Below, piece after piece: positions 8,965 through 17,083 of a stretch of DNA of 64,000 nt. Below the pieces are notes generated by a model. That model ran no database searches, was not told the DNA's origin, and saw only the letters and a program-made list of their open reading frames with translations. The position numbers and the translations under genes are program-made. Position 1 is the stretch's first letter, and every line of letters begins with the position of its first letter. This stretch comes from an uncultured virus (IMG/VR IMGVR_UViG_3300042340_000066) (taxonomy: Duplodnaviria; Heunggongvirae; Uroviricota; Caudoviricetes): the IMG/VR virus record IMGVR_UViG_3300042340_000066; one strand, 5' to 3'.

Positions 8965-10503
8965 TTAGTAGTACGCGGCTTTACGCGAATATCTAAAACT
9001 AACATCGTCGTCCTCCTCGTCATGTTGTGTACGAACCATACCTCCCTTTCTAATTCTTGACAATGCTTGGCTAAGTGTGTCAACGTAGTCATCGTGCCGC
9101 CCTGCGGGAAAGGAAGCAACCTCTTCAACCACGTCCTCTGCCCAGCGCCGGTCTGGAGCCCAGACCTTTTTAGAGGCAAATATGTCAGCAATCGCGTTTA
9201 GTCGCGCAATCTTATCGTTCTTAACATTCGCTGCTTTTCTTGAGGGAGAGTATTCTTGCACGGGTATACCCATAGCCCTGAACTCATAAATGAGTGGCGC
9301 ACCTGATGCCTTCTTTTCTATGATGACGCTATCTGGCTCATGCTCACGATACAATTCTAAGGCTTTAGCCTTCAGGGAAGGAAACTCCAGCTTGTCTCTC
9401 CACGCATCCAGAAGAATGATGTGCTGATTGTAATTGTCCTCGGGGTTCTCCCATACACCCCACAACGTCATCGCGGAATAGTCAGCACTCTGTTTGGCTT
9501 CAAAGGCGCAGTCAAAGCTCATCAGTGTGTACTCCACCTTCGGTGGCTCCTTCTCTTTCCATATCTGCCAGTACTCCCGCTTTATGATGGCGGTCTCGTC
9601 GCTGGTCGGATTCTGTTGGTACTGCGCGTTCCACTTGCCGGATGGAATCTCTGCACGGATGGCTTCTAGCTCTTCTTTTGACCAGTACTCGGGCCATAAT
9701 GGGTTGCCACTCGGAAGAATGGCGGGAAACTCAAACACTTCCCACTGATCGGTTTTCTCGTTCTTAGCGGCATTCTCAACGATCTGCCCTGTCAGGTCTC
9801 GCATGGACCAGCGAGTTTGTACGATGATTAGGGCTCCTCCCGGCTGAAGACGCTGACGAACCCCCGATGTATACCAGTCGTAAACTTTGTCGTAGATGCC
9901 GGGATTGAAAACAGCAGACAGCGCTTCTGCTTCCGTATGTGGATCGTCAATAATCGCAATGTCCGCGCCTCGGCCCGCTAGGGCCGCACCAATACCACAA
10001 GCGTAGTACGTACCGTTATGGTTTGTGTCCCAGCGCCCCGCCGCCTTGGAGTCGGCTCGTAGCTCTACATCGGGGAAGATTTTTCTGTAATCCTCGGTGT
10101 CTAGCAAATTTCGCACCTTACGACCAAAGCCCTCAGCCAACTCACCTGTATTCGATACTTGCATGACTTTTTTATTGGGAAACTTACCCAAGAACCACGC
10201 TGGGAACAGATACGAGGCAAACTCCGATTTTGTATGTCGAGGGGCGAGGTTGATAATGATTCGCTTCTTTTTCCCTTCGGCTATCTCATTGAACAGTTTT
10301 GCAATCCTTCTATGGTGTGATCCTTCAATAAAATCAGACCATTGGGTTTTAGCGAATGTGAGAAAGTCTTCCTGCGCGGCTTCACGTGTTTTACGTTCTT
10401 CGAGCGCTTCAAGCAGCGCCTGTAATTTTGACTTTTCTTCGTGTGTAGCCTTTTGTAGTGCCACTTGTACAAGTTCTGGTGTGATCCCTTCATTCTCGGT
10501 CAC
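8965..10503 (-). CDS. terL: terminase large subunit
   Basis: IINLAPRHTKS Walker A variant, IAIIDDP Walker B, QTRW, nuclease SFDCA...SADYSA...HDDYVD. Confidence 0.95.
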   Translation of the reverse strand: MTENEGITPELVQVALQKATHEEKSKLQALLEALEERKTREAAQEDFLTFAKTQWSDFIEGSHHRRIAKLFNEIAEGKKKRIIINLAPRHTKSEFASYLFPAWFLGKFPNKKVMQVSNTGELAEGFGRKVRNLLDTEDYRKIFPDVELRADSKAAGRWDTNHNGTYYACGIGAALAGRGADIAIIDDPHTEAEALSAVFNPGIYDKVYDWYTSGVRQRLQPGGALIIVQTRWSMRDLTGQIVENAAKNEKTDQWEVFEFPAILPSGNPLWPEYWSKEELEAIRAEIPSGKWNAQYQQNPTSDETAIIKREYWQIWKEKEPPKVEYTLMSFDCAFEAKQSADYSAMTLWGVWENPEDNYNQHIILLDAWRDKLEFPSLKAKALELYREHEPDSVIIEKKASGAPLIYEFRAMGIPVQEYSPSRKAANVKNDKIARLNAIADIFASKKVWAPDRRWAEDVVEEVASFPAGRHDDYVDTLSQALSRIRKGGMVRTQHDEEDDDVSFRYSRKAAYY

Positions 10504-11009
10504 AGCACCTCCCCCTCTATAACCTTCTCTTCACCTCTTTTTGCGATGCTCCGTAGGAGCATGAGCGCTTCACTCTGCAGTTCTATGGTGCTCTTGGTGT
10601 TGATATTGATTTCTTGCCGCTCCTCATGGAGCCCCACAATGCTGGTTTTTGCCAGAGAGTCTAATGCAGGTTTGCTGATCTTCGGGTCAGCATCATTCGC
10701 CAACTCAAAATACTTGTACATACAGAAGTTTTGCCACGCCTCTTTGGAAGCAGGCATCTGAAAAGCAAATTGATCGAGTTGGGATTTTAGCAGCCGTTCG
10801 GCAAACTTGGTCGGCGGAGGTGTGGAGTTCTCGGGGTCTACGGTTTTGAGTGTGACCCAGTTTTTCTCAATGGGAGTTAGCTCTTCTTTGGTGGGTAGGC
10901 TGCAGTTCTGGAATGATGGACGCGCAAAAACCGCGATAGGATCGCAGTCCCGTAGGGATAGCATGTCTTCAGTGAAGACGAAAGAAGCGTCATACTCTAG
11001 GTCATCCAT
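10500..11009 (-). CDS. putative terminase small subunit
   Basis: Immediately upstream of and overlapping terL; DPKISKPALDSLAK...GLHEER; start MDDLEY preferred. Confidence 0.6.
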   Translation of the reverse strand: MDDLEYDASFVFTEDMLSLRDCDPIAVFARPSFQNCSLPTKEELTPIEKNWVTLKTVDPENSTPPPTKFAERLLKSQLDQFAFQMPASKEAWQNFCMYKYFELANDADPKISKPALDSLAKTSIVGLHEERQEININTKSTIELQSEALMLLRSIAKRGEEKVIEGEVL

Positions 11010-11296
11010 ATTGTCAGCAGGCCGCAAAGAACCAGAAGCCAAAACATAGCACAGTGAAAACGGAATGACAAGTAGGCTCAAAAATTTATAAAAATTTTAA
11101 GGGGGGCTAAAAATAAAAAGCATGGGGGTCATTTGTGGCGAGAGGGGGTGGGGTTTACATAACTTTACATTTTGGAAGATTTTTGTTTTTAGAAAAAATT
11201 TTGGCCTTTACGGTTGTGGATTACAGTCTAGGTGGACGGAGCGGAGTCCCGCTGGTGGCGCGGGGGGTACGGGATGGGTGGGGTCCGGGTTTTGAA

Positions 11297-11393
11297 GCTG
11301 GTGCTGGTGCTGGTGCTGGTGCTGGTCGCTGGTCGCTGGTCGCTGGTCGCTGGTCGCTGGTCGCTGGTCGCTGGTCGCTGGTCGCTGGTCGCT
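11297..11393 (+). repeat. tandem array (GCTGGT)x5 then (CGCTGGT)x9 plus partial unit
   Basis: Directly visible in the divergent intergenic region. Confidence 0.97.
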
Positions 11394-11436
11394 TCGCCCA
11401 CACATAAAAAGAATGGGAGCGAATGACGTACAAAAC

Positions 11437-11466
11437 TTGACGTGTCTTGACGCAACGTGATGGAAT
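11437..11466 (+). promoter_or_regulatory. possible early sigma70 promoter
   Basis: TTGACG (also at 11447)-N18-TGGAAT before first early gene; weak -10. Confidence 0.35.
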
Positions 11467-11468
11467 AC

Positions 11469-11499
11469 TCTCAACGGTTCGGGACTGGCCCGGACTGAC
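11469..11499 (+). repeat. leader repeat copy 1 (CTCAACG-GTTCGGGACTGGCCCGGACTG) with hairpin
   Basis: Near-identical copy at 11713-11740; both precede a GGAGAC RBS. Confidence 0.9.
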
Positions 11500-11514
11500 T
11501 AGCCGGAGACTAGC

Positions 11515-11712
11515 ATGAAGGTTTCAATCATTCAGACTAACAATGTTGTCGGGTTTAAAGGCGTTCCCGAGTTTATGGTTATCAAAGGCGAACGCGCCAA
11601 TGGTGGTTACCCTATAGGGATTGAGGGTAAAGATTGGGAGCGCCTAACACGGGAAAACCTAACCTTAGATGAAGCGCGTAAAATCGCTAACCTGCTAAAC
11701 AAAACTAAATAA
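11515..11712 (+). CDS. hypothetical early protein
   Basis: GGAG RBS; 65 aa. Confidence 0.7.
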   Translation: MKVSIIQTNNVVGFKGVPEFMVIKGERANGGYPIGIEGKDWERLTRENLTLDEARKIANLLNKTK

Positions 11713-11740
11713 TCTCAACGTTCGGGACTGGCCCGGACTG
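11713..11740 (+). repeat. leader repeat copy 2 with hairpin
   Basis: TCTCAACGTTCGGGACTGGCCCGGACTG. Confidence 0.9.
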
Positions 11741-11766
11741 CTAACTAACTAACTGGAGACAATGAC

Positions 11767-12054
11767 ATGGCTAACAGGATCACTGATAAACACCTAAAAG
11801 GTATGATCGACCGCCTTAATCGTATAACCAATAATCCATTGGTTCCGTACGAACGAATAGACGGAAAACTCGTGGCACAAATAGGTTGTTACCATTTGAG
11901 CCATGCCTATGGTGGTGTGTCTCTTTATAGAATGTGCAATGAAGGCGGAGGCGTGACTGACGTTTTTCATTCAGGCCACACGACCAAGCGTGAATTATAT
12001 GAACGTATTTACGCTTATATTAAGGGTATTGAAGATTACGGGATGCAATCATGA
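11767..12054 (+). CDS. conserved phage early protein
   Basis: RITDKHL..IDRLN...YHLSHAYGGVSL...TKRELY; GGAG RBS. Confidence 0.8.
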   Translation: MANRITDKHLKGMIDRLNRITNNPLVPYERIDGKLVAQIGCYHLSHAYGGVSLYRMCNEGGGVTDVFHSGHTTKRELYERIYAYIKGIEDYGMQS

Positions 12055-12290
12055 AATATGAAATTATCGCTTACGACGTGTGGGGAAACGCCCGCGACGG
12101 GTTCGAGGTTAACCAAGCTTTCCACACTGGCGATTATATAGACTTACCGAAAAATCCTAGTGACTACCTAATAAATAGGCGCTTAGGATTGCGTGGCGTA
12201 GTTTGGGATGGCGAGCCAGAATATACGCTGTATGGGACTGTTAAGCGAAATGGCTATCCTGCGCTCGAATTGCGCCCAATAAACAACTAA
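12051..12290 (+). CDS. hypothetical early protein
   Basis: YDVWGNARDGFEVN; ATGA coupling. Confidence 0.75.
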   Translation: MKYEIIAYDVWGNARDGFEVNQAFHTGDYIDLPKNPSDYLINRRLGLRGVVWDGEPEYTLYGTVKRNGYPALELRPINN

Positions 12291-12308
12291 TAATTGGAGA
12301 TAACGAAA

Positions 12309-12890
12309 ATGGCAATTTTAATCAATCGGAAAATTTTCAAGGCTATCAGCTTTTTTGCAGCTGATAATGACATTCGCCACTACTTAAATGCAATCCACGT
12401 TAAGGTGATAGATAAACAAGCACGAATCGAGGCAACCGACGGAAATGCACTGGCTACAGCCAATTGGACTATATCAGACGATATAGACATAGACGTCATT
12501 ATTCCATTGCCTATAGTTAACCTTGCGATTAAATCCAAGGCCGATAGCTTCGCGTTACAGAAGCTAGAGAATGGGCAATTTAGAGTCTTTGACGTGTGGG
12601 GATTAGATTGCACTTTTGCCAGTGTGGAGGGTAGATACCCAGAAACTGAACGCGTCTGGCCTAGGGAAAAATCAGAATTATTCTCGCCCATTGCGCCTAA
12701 AATTCTCAACAAGGTGGATAAAGCCTGTACAGCCATAGGCCGCAACATGATGGCGGTTGACTTGATACCGTTTGGGCGAGGCCATGTCTATGCCGCATGG
12801 CCTAAGGGTAAGGGGCAGGATGAAAATGTACAGCTGAAAATGCTGACTATGAGCTATCGTGTAACGGCAACAGACTTGCCGAAATTCTAA
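12309..12890 (+). CDS. DNA sliding clamp (DnaN) central-domain-like protein
   Basis: FAADNDIRHYLNAIHV...IEATDGNAL...VEGRYPETERVWP resembles DnaN domain II. Confidence 0.7.
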   Translation: MAILINRKIFKAISFFAADNDIRHYLNAIHVKVIDKQARIEATDGNALATANWTISDDIDIDVIIPLPIVNLAIKSKADSFALQKLENGQFRVFDVWGLDCTFASVEGRYPETERVWPREKSELFSPIAPKILNKVDKACTAIGRNMMAVDLIPFGRGHVYAAWPKGKGQDENVQLKMLTMSYRVTATDLPKF

Positions 12891-12937
12891 CAATTCACCA
12901 CGTGCCATGGATGGCGCGCCTTTTGAGGATAATAACA

Positions 12938-13018
12938 ATGAATAACGAAAATATAAAAGCATGGTTGATCGTGGCTTGTCTGATTGTACTTCCCGCATTG
13001 GTTGAGGTGATGAAATGA
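12938..13018 (+). CDS. 26-aa hydrophobic peptide
   Basis: GAGG RBS; MNNENIKAWLIVACLIVLPALVEVMK; ATGA coupling to next gene. Confidence 0.5.
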   Translation: MNNENIKAWLIVACLIVLPALVEVMK

Positions 13019-13200
13019 AAACACAAAAGGAAATGTTTTACACTGCGCACGGCAAGGCGGCCAGACTAACTACGGTATTCATGGGCCTAGTGAACGACCC
13101 AGTAAACCCCATAACGAATGAAGACTTGAAGAAACTGATTGCACGAAAACCAGAAGTTTACGGACGCTTCGCCGGATTTATCGGCAAGTTAGCAAACTGA
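13015..13200 (+). CDS. hypothetical early protein
   Basis: GAGGTG RBS; 61 aa; followed by terminator. Confidence 0.7.
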   Translation: MKTQKEMFYTAHGKAARLTTVFMGLVNDPVNPITNEDLKKLIARKPEVYGRFAGFIGKLAN

Positions 13201-13211
13201 GCTCTCTCACT

Positions 13212-13235
13212 GCCCCACTTAGGTGGGGCTTTTTT
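13212..13235 (+). terminator. intrinsic terminator
   Basis: GCCCCAC-TTAG-GTGGGGC-TTTTTT. Confidence 0.9.
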
Positions 13236-13318
13236 GTGTCTCAAAGTTGATACACCTACCCACCACACGAAAGCCGCTTAGTTAAATCCCCGCCGATCAA
13301 GGCCATTCTGCGCCTTTT

Positions 13319-13470
13319 GAAACCCGTTCTAGCAAGACGGAGGGAGCGCGAATAAAAAATATGCCCCTGTAAGCTCCTGAGAAGCCCGTGAAGCCACGAA
13401 ATCAGTTTAGGGTAGGGTAGGGTAGCTCTAGGTTTAGAAACCCGTTCTAAGAGGACGGAGGGAGCGCGAA
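13319..13470 (+). repeat. 34-bp direct repeat (13319-13352 and 13437-13470, 31/34 identical) enclosing (TAGGG)x3
   Basis: GAAACCCGTTCTA-nnnn-GACGGAGGGAGCGCGAA twice. Confidence 0.9.
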
Positions 13471-13599
13471 GCTACCGCTTTAGCGGGCGGAGCTACCGCG
13501 TGAGCGAGAGGATGGAACGAGCGCGGGGATTTTGTAATGTTCGTGCTGACTTTTTATGTTATACGAGAGCAAACCCTACGGAACTAGCGCGATTGAGAC

Positions 13600-13936
13600 G
13601 ATGTTAGCGGGGACAGCATTAAGTTAAAATAACGAATTTAGAAACGGCGCACTATCGCATAGGGGCAACGGCACTGGGGATTTTTTTGTTTTTCTATATA
13701 TATTATTATTAGAATAGTATAAATATATATAATACTTTGGCGAATTTTTTTCACTAGACCGATCGGTCTAGTTCTCCCCCTCTCTTTCTTTCTCTCTATA
13801 GTTTTATACTTTTCATGTCTATTCTGATAATACTGCACTTTTCACCCCCGCCAAAACCTAGCAACCACGCCGCCTGACGTGCCATGCGTCAAATCCAAAT
13901 TCGTTATTTTATCAAGGCACTGTACTCGCTAACATC
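13600..13936. other. nested inverted-repeat element around a perfect 20-bp palindrome; candidate replication origin
   Basis: ACTAGACCGATCGGTCTAGT at 13753-13772; arms 13704-13717/13819-13832 and 13600-13639/13897-13936; AT-rich interior. Confidence 0.6.
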
Positions 13937-13946
13937 AGCCTAACCC

Positions 13947-13975
13947 TTGACAAACCGGGCGCTTTACGCTACCTT
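13947..13975 (+). promoter_or_regulatory. sigma70-like promoter
   Basis: TTGACA-N17-TACCTT upstream of the 14012 gene. Confidence 0.65.
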
Positions 13976-14011
13976 AACCTCTCTTTTCAACATGAACATC
14001 GTAAGGAAAAC

Positions 14012-15313
14012 ATGAACATTGACAACGAAACCCCTGAAAACACGGGTGCTGTGCGTACTCGAACCATCACAATAAATCCCGATTTAGCCCACTCAGATGC
14101 CTTCACTTTGGCCGATTTGTTGTTTCGCTTCTCAGAGTGTGTAATACGTGTTACCTCAAAAGACAGAAAACTAACAAAGGAAAAGCTAATAGATAGCGAG
14201 ACGACGCAAGACCTATGGATACGTTACGAGACAGACACTGGACAAGTCTACGTTAAATCGAGACAGTTCAAGCGCAACTTAGGCAAACCTTTACAACAAG
14301 ACCTTAAAGACTCAACCCAATACATTGGGTACACCAACAAGCACTTCTATGCCGGAACTCCCTATCCAAGTCAACTATGTGCGTGTCACGTTTTCAATAC
14401 AAAGATAGCCCCATCGAAAAGAATAGAAGCTTTAGGCCGACCTGCCATACCTGAAGAAAAGATCGCCTCTCACAGAGCCTACCTGATGCGAATGCACGGG
14501 AATGACGGCAGGCTAGTTGATGTGCTGATGAAAGAGTGGGTCAAGGACTACAACCGACCTAAGAGAATCGTCAAGAACAAGCGACCCAAAGCTGAAAACA
14601 TTGCAGAGCAAAAGAGAACCACCAAGAAGTTAAAGACAAGAATAGAAGAGCTAGAGGCGTGGAGAAATGACATGCGGTCATGGGCGGGGGAGGTAAAGAA
14701 AGTGCGGAATAGTTTTGAGGTGGGAGGTGTAACAGGTTCTTATGATGAGAATGCAGTTGAGCCGATCACTATTTTTAAACTCCTCGAAGCGTTATCCATG
14801 CGGATACTAGCCAGCCAGACCCCCACACAAGACAAACCAGAGAAGCAACCACTCGATGCCATCTCTGAGTACATAAAACTCCATAAGCCACAAATACGCA
14901 CCACTATCACACGCTTAACTAAAATCCCCTCCACCCCTCATACCGAAGGCGCTGAACCTGATCCAGACTATCAAACCAAACTTATACCAGCCTTAGTGAC
15001 CCTACCCGACTATGACCCGCGTGACCACAAGCTAGAGACTATCGGGCGCTATGTAGAGACAGTGCGGCTGGATGGGAGTGGTAAGAAAAAGACCTTATAC
15101 CTGCACACTGTGCCACTGCGTGACTACCTAGAGAAGCACTACCCCAGCCAGACCATAAGGCTCAAACATGACGTGCGCTATACGCACTCGCAGAACTTCA
15201 AGATTCACTCTCTACCATCAGCCTCCGGCCTCTATTGTGCCGTGTTCGATATGCGTAGAGGGAGAAAACCTACAGAAAACCTCAAGCAAAACAATGAGGT
15301 AGAAGAAAGTTAG
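14012..15313 (+). CDS. protein with two domains resembling the primase-helicase C-terminal domain plus a central coiled coil; candidate origin-binding protein
   Basis: AAGGA RBS; WIRYETDTGQVYV...AGTPYP aligns by eye with LGRYEPDTYSLYV...AGTRMP of 33481-36396. Confidence 0.7.
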   Translation: MNIDNETPENTGAVRTRTITINPDLAHSDAFTLADLLFRFSECVIRVTSKDRKLTKEKLIDSETTQDLWIRYETDTGQVYVKSRQFKRNLGKPLQQDLKDSTQYIGYTNKHFYAGTPYPSQLCACHVFNTKIAPSKRIEALGRPAIPEEKIASHRAYLMRMHGNDGRLVDVLMKEWVKDYNRPKRIVKNKRPKAENIAEQKRTTKKLKTRIEELEAWRNDMRSWAGEVKKVRNSFEVGGVTGSYDENAVEPITIFKLLEALSMRILASQTPTQDKPEKQPLDAISEYIKLHKPQIRTTITRLTKIPSTPHTEGAEPDPDYQTKLIPALVTLPDYDPRDHKLETIGRYVETVRLDGSGKKKTLYLHTVPLRDYLEKHYPSQTIRLKHDVRYTHSQNFKIHSLPSASGLYCAVFDMRRGRKPTENLKQNNEVEES

Positions 15314-15332
15314 AAAAAGTTTTAATTAGGGG

Positions 15333-15360
15333 TTGACACAACCAGACAAACATATACAAT
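15333..15360 (+). promoter_or_regulatory. sigma70-like promoter with 5' leader hairpin
   Basis: TTGACA-N16-TACAAT; GCCCCC-ACTCA-GGGGGC hairpin then AGGAG RBS. Confidence 0.7.
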
Positions 15361-15405
15361 ACCACTCAACGCCCCCACTCAGGGGGCTGCACCAAGGAGA
15401 CTACG

Positions 15406-15636
15406 ATGACCACACCGCTACAAAAAATAAAGATCACAACAGGGCTTCATTACACAAGAGTTGGATCAGGCAACATTCCGGTAGAGGCCACCATAAAATA
15501 CGACATAGAGGATGAGCGCTACTACGTAGCCGAGGTGCTAAGCGAGGGTGTAGATATTAAGGACTACGTAGAGCACGACACACTAGCGGAGATTGCCGAG
15601 GACTGGGTACACGACCAGCTGGAGAGAGGACAATGA
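15406..15636 (+). CDS. hypothetical acidic protein (probable paralog of 16870-17070)
   Basis: GVDIKDYVEHDTLAEIAEDW vs GTDVRGYLDQRVLDQLAQDW. Confidence 0.7.
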   Translation: MTTPLQKIKITTGLHYTRVGSGNIPVEATIKYDIEDERYYVAEVLSEGVDIKDYVEHDTLAEIAEDWVHDQLERGQ

Positions 15637-15977
15637 AAACAAGTGAGTTAAGCGGCCCCGCCCTTGATTGGGCAGTAGCTAAGTTGGAAGGGGTTGACCT
15701 GTTTGAAACGGAAGGCTGGGTCTACCCAGAAGATGGGGGCCGCGCACCCTACAAACCCTCAACCAACTGGTCCCAAGGCGGGCCGATCATTGAGCGAGAG
15801 AAGATAACACTTGTTGTTTATTGGAATGGGCTTTGGGTTGCCGAGCCGGAGGAAGCGCATGAATCGGTTGGTGAAACCCCACTCATCGCAGCCATGCGCT
15901 GCTATTGTAGTGCTATACTGGGGGACGAAATTGAAACCCCAAAGGAACTACAACCATGCCAGCAGCCAAGTCTTTAG
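15633..15977 (+). CDS. NinX/DUF2591 family protein
   Basis: LSGPALDWAVA...PSTNWSQGGPIIEREKI...TPLIAAMRC. Confidence 0.85.
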   Translation: MKTSELSGPALDWAVAKLEGVDLFETEGWVYPEDGGRAPYKPSTNWSQGGPIIEREKITLVVYWNGLWVAEPEEAHESVGETPLIAAMRCYCSAILGDEIETPKELQPCQQPSL

Positions 15978-16459
15978 CAGGACAAGTCTTCGGTCGCCTT
16001 ACTGTTATTGAGCAGTACGGTAGCCGCCAAGGGCGTGTTAATTGGTTGTGTCGGTGTGATTGTGGAACGCTGCACGAAGCTGTTAGCCATGCACTTACAT
16101 CAGGGCACACCAAGTCCTGCGGGTGCTTGAAAGACGAGCGCAACACAAGCACTGCCCACACCCACGGACACGCCAGAAGAAAAACAGGATTATCGCCCAC
16201 ATATCAGTCTTGGCGCGGCATGCGGACACGCTGCACAAACCCTAACGTCAAGTCGTACAAAGACTACGGTGGCCGAGGTATTCAGATATGCGAACGCTGG
16301 AAAGACTTCGGTAATTTCCTAGCAGATATGGGTGAGCGTCCTGATGGGCGAACATTGGATCGAAAAAACGTGAACGGTGATTACGAGCCAAATAATTGCC
16401 AGTGGGCAACACGAAAGGAACAAGCAATGAATACGCAGAAAACAAGCAAAATTAGGTGA
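15956..16459 (+). CDS. HNH homing endonuclease
   Basis: GQVFGRLTV...WLCRCDCG...SCGC...YGGRGI...TLDRKNVNGDYEPNNCQWAT. Confidence 0.9.
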   Translation: MPAAKSLAGQVFGRLTVIEQYGSRQGRVNWLCRCDCGTLHEAVSHALTSGHTKSCGCLKDERNTSTAHTHGHARRKTGLSPTYQSWRGMRTRCTNPNVKSYKDYGGRGIQICERWKDFGNFLADMGERPDGRTLDRKNVNGDYEPNNCQWATRKEQAMNTQKTSKIR

Positions 16460-16486
16460 TGAGATAGATATACCGGAGGAACTGAA

Positions 16487-16873
16487 ATGATTGAATACAC
16501 AGTAAAAGTGTACCCATGCGGCACAAAGGAATGGTATCTGAACGGCAAACTCCATAGAGAAGACGGGCCCGCCGTTGAATGGCCTAGTGGCTCTAGGTAT
16601 TGGTATTTGAATGGCAAGCCCCACAGAGAAGACGGTCCTTCGGCTGAATATGTTGATGGTAGCCGCGAGTGGCATTTGAATGGTAAGCGGCACCGTGAGG
16701 ATGGGCCTGCTGTTTATTATGCTGATGGTAGGCGCAGATGGTATTTGAACGGTAAAGAATATACCGAAGACGCTTGGGGCCTGATGATTCTCAAGAAGAA
16801 GGTTGCAGCGAAAGAACTCACCGTAGCAGAGATTGAAGAACTGTTGGGGTATCCAGTAAAGGTGGTGAAATGA
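16487..16873 (+). CDS. MORN-variant repeat protein (WYLNGKLHREDGPA units)
   Basis: Three 23-aa repeats plus a partial fourth; GGAGG RBS. Confidence 0.85.
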   Translation: MIEYTVKVYPCGTKEWYLNGKLHREDGPAVEWPSGSRYWYLNGKPHREDGPSAEYVDGSREWHLNGKRHREDGPAVYYADGRRRWYLNGKEYTEDAWGLMILKKKVAAKELTVAEIEELLGYPVKVVK

Positions 16874-17070
16874 AAGCTTTAATCGGGATCGAAGAGAAGC
16901 GGTGCACGGTGCGTTGCGAGATCGTATACGGCGACGTGTATGTGATTTCCGTGCGAGACTGCCGTGATGGCACGGATGTGAGAGGGTATCTTGACCAGCG
17001 AGTGCTGGACCAATTGGCACAAGACTGGCTAGCTTGTGAGCAGGAGGAGGAGAGGGAGTTGGATTTTTAG
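16870..17070 (+). CDS. hypothetical acidic protein
   Basis: ATGA coupling; similar to 15406-15636. Confidence 0.7.
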   Translation: MKALIGIEEKRCTVRCEIVYGDVYVISVRDCRDGTDVRGYLDQRVLDQLAQDWLACEQEEERELDF

Positions 17071-17083
17071 AGGAGGCAGAAGC

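Noticed and set aside
11297..11393. CRISPR array
   Set aside because: Contiguous 6-7 bp units with no spacers; no cas operon (28413-29093 is a typical phage PD-(D/E)XK nuclease)
11135..11474. Several ORFs with ATSDQRP / WSLVAGR repeats
   Set aside because: All frames are open only because of the 7-bp tandem repeat; no RBS; the gap is a divergent intergenic region
13753..13772. Hairpin-telomere (telRL) site
   Set aside because: No protelomerase or tyrosine recombinase recognised in the genome
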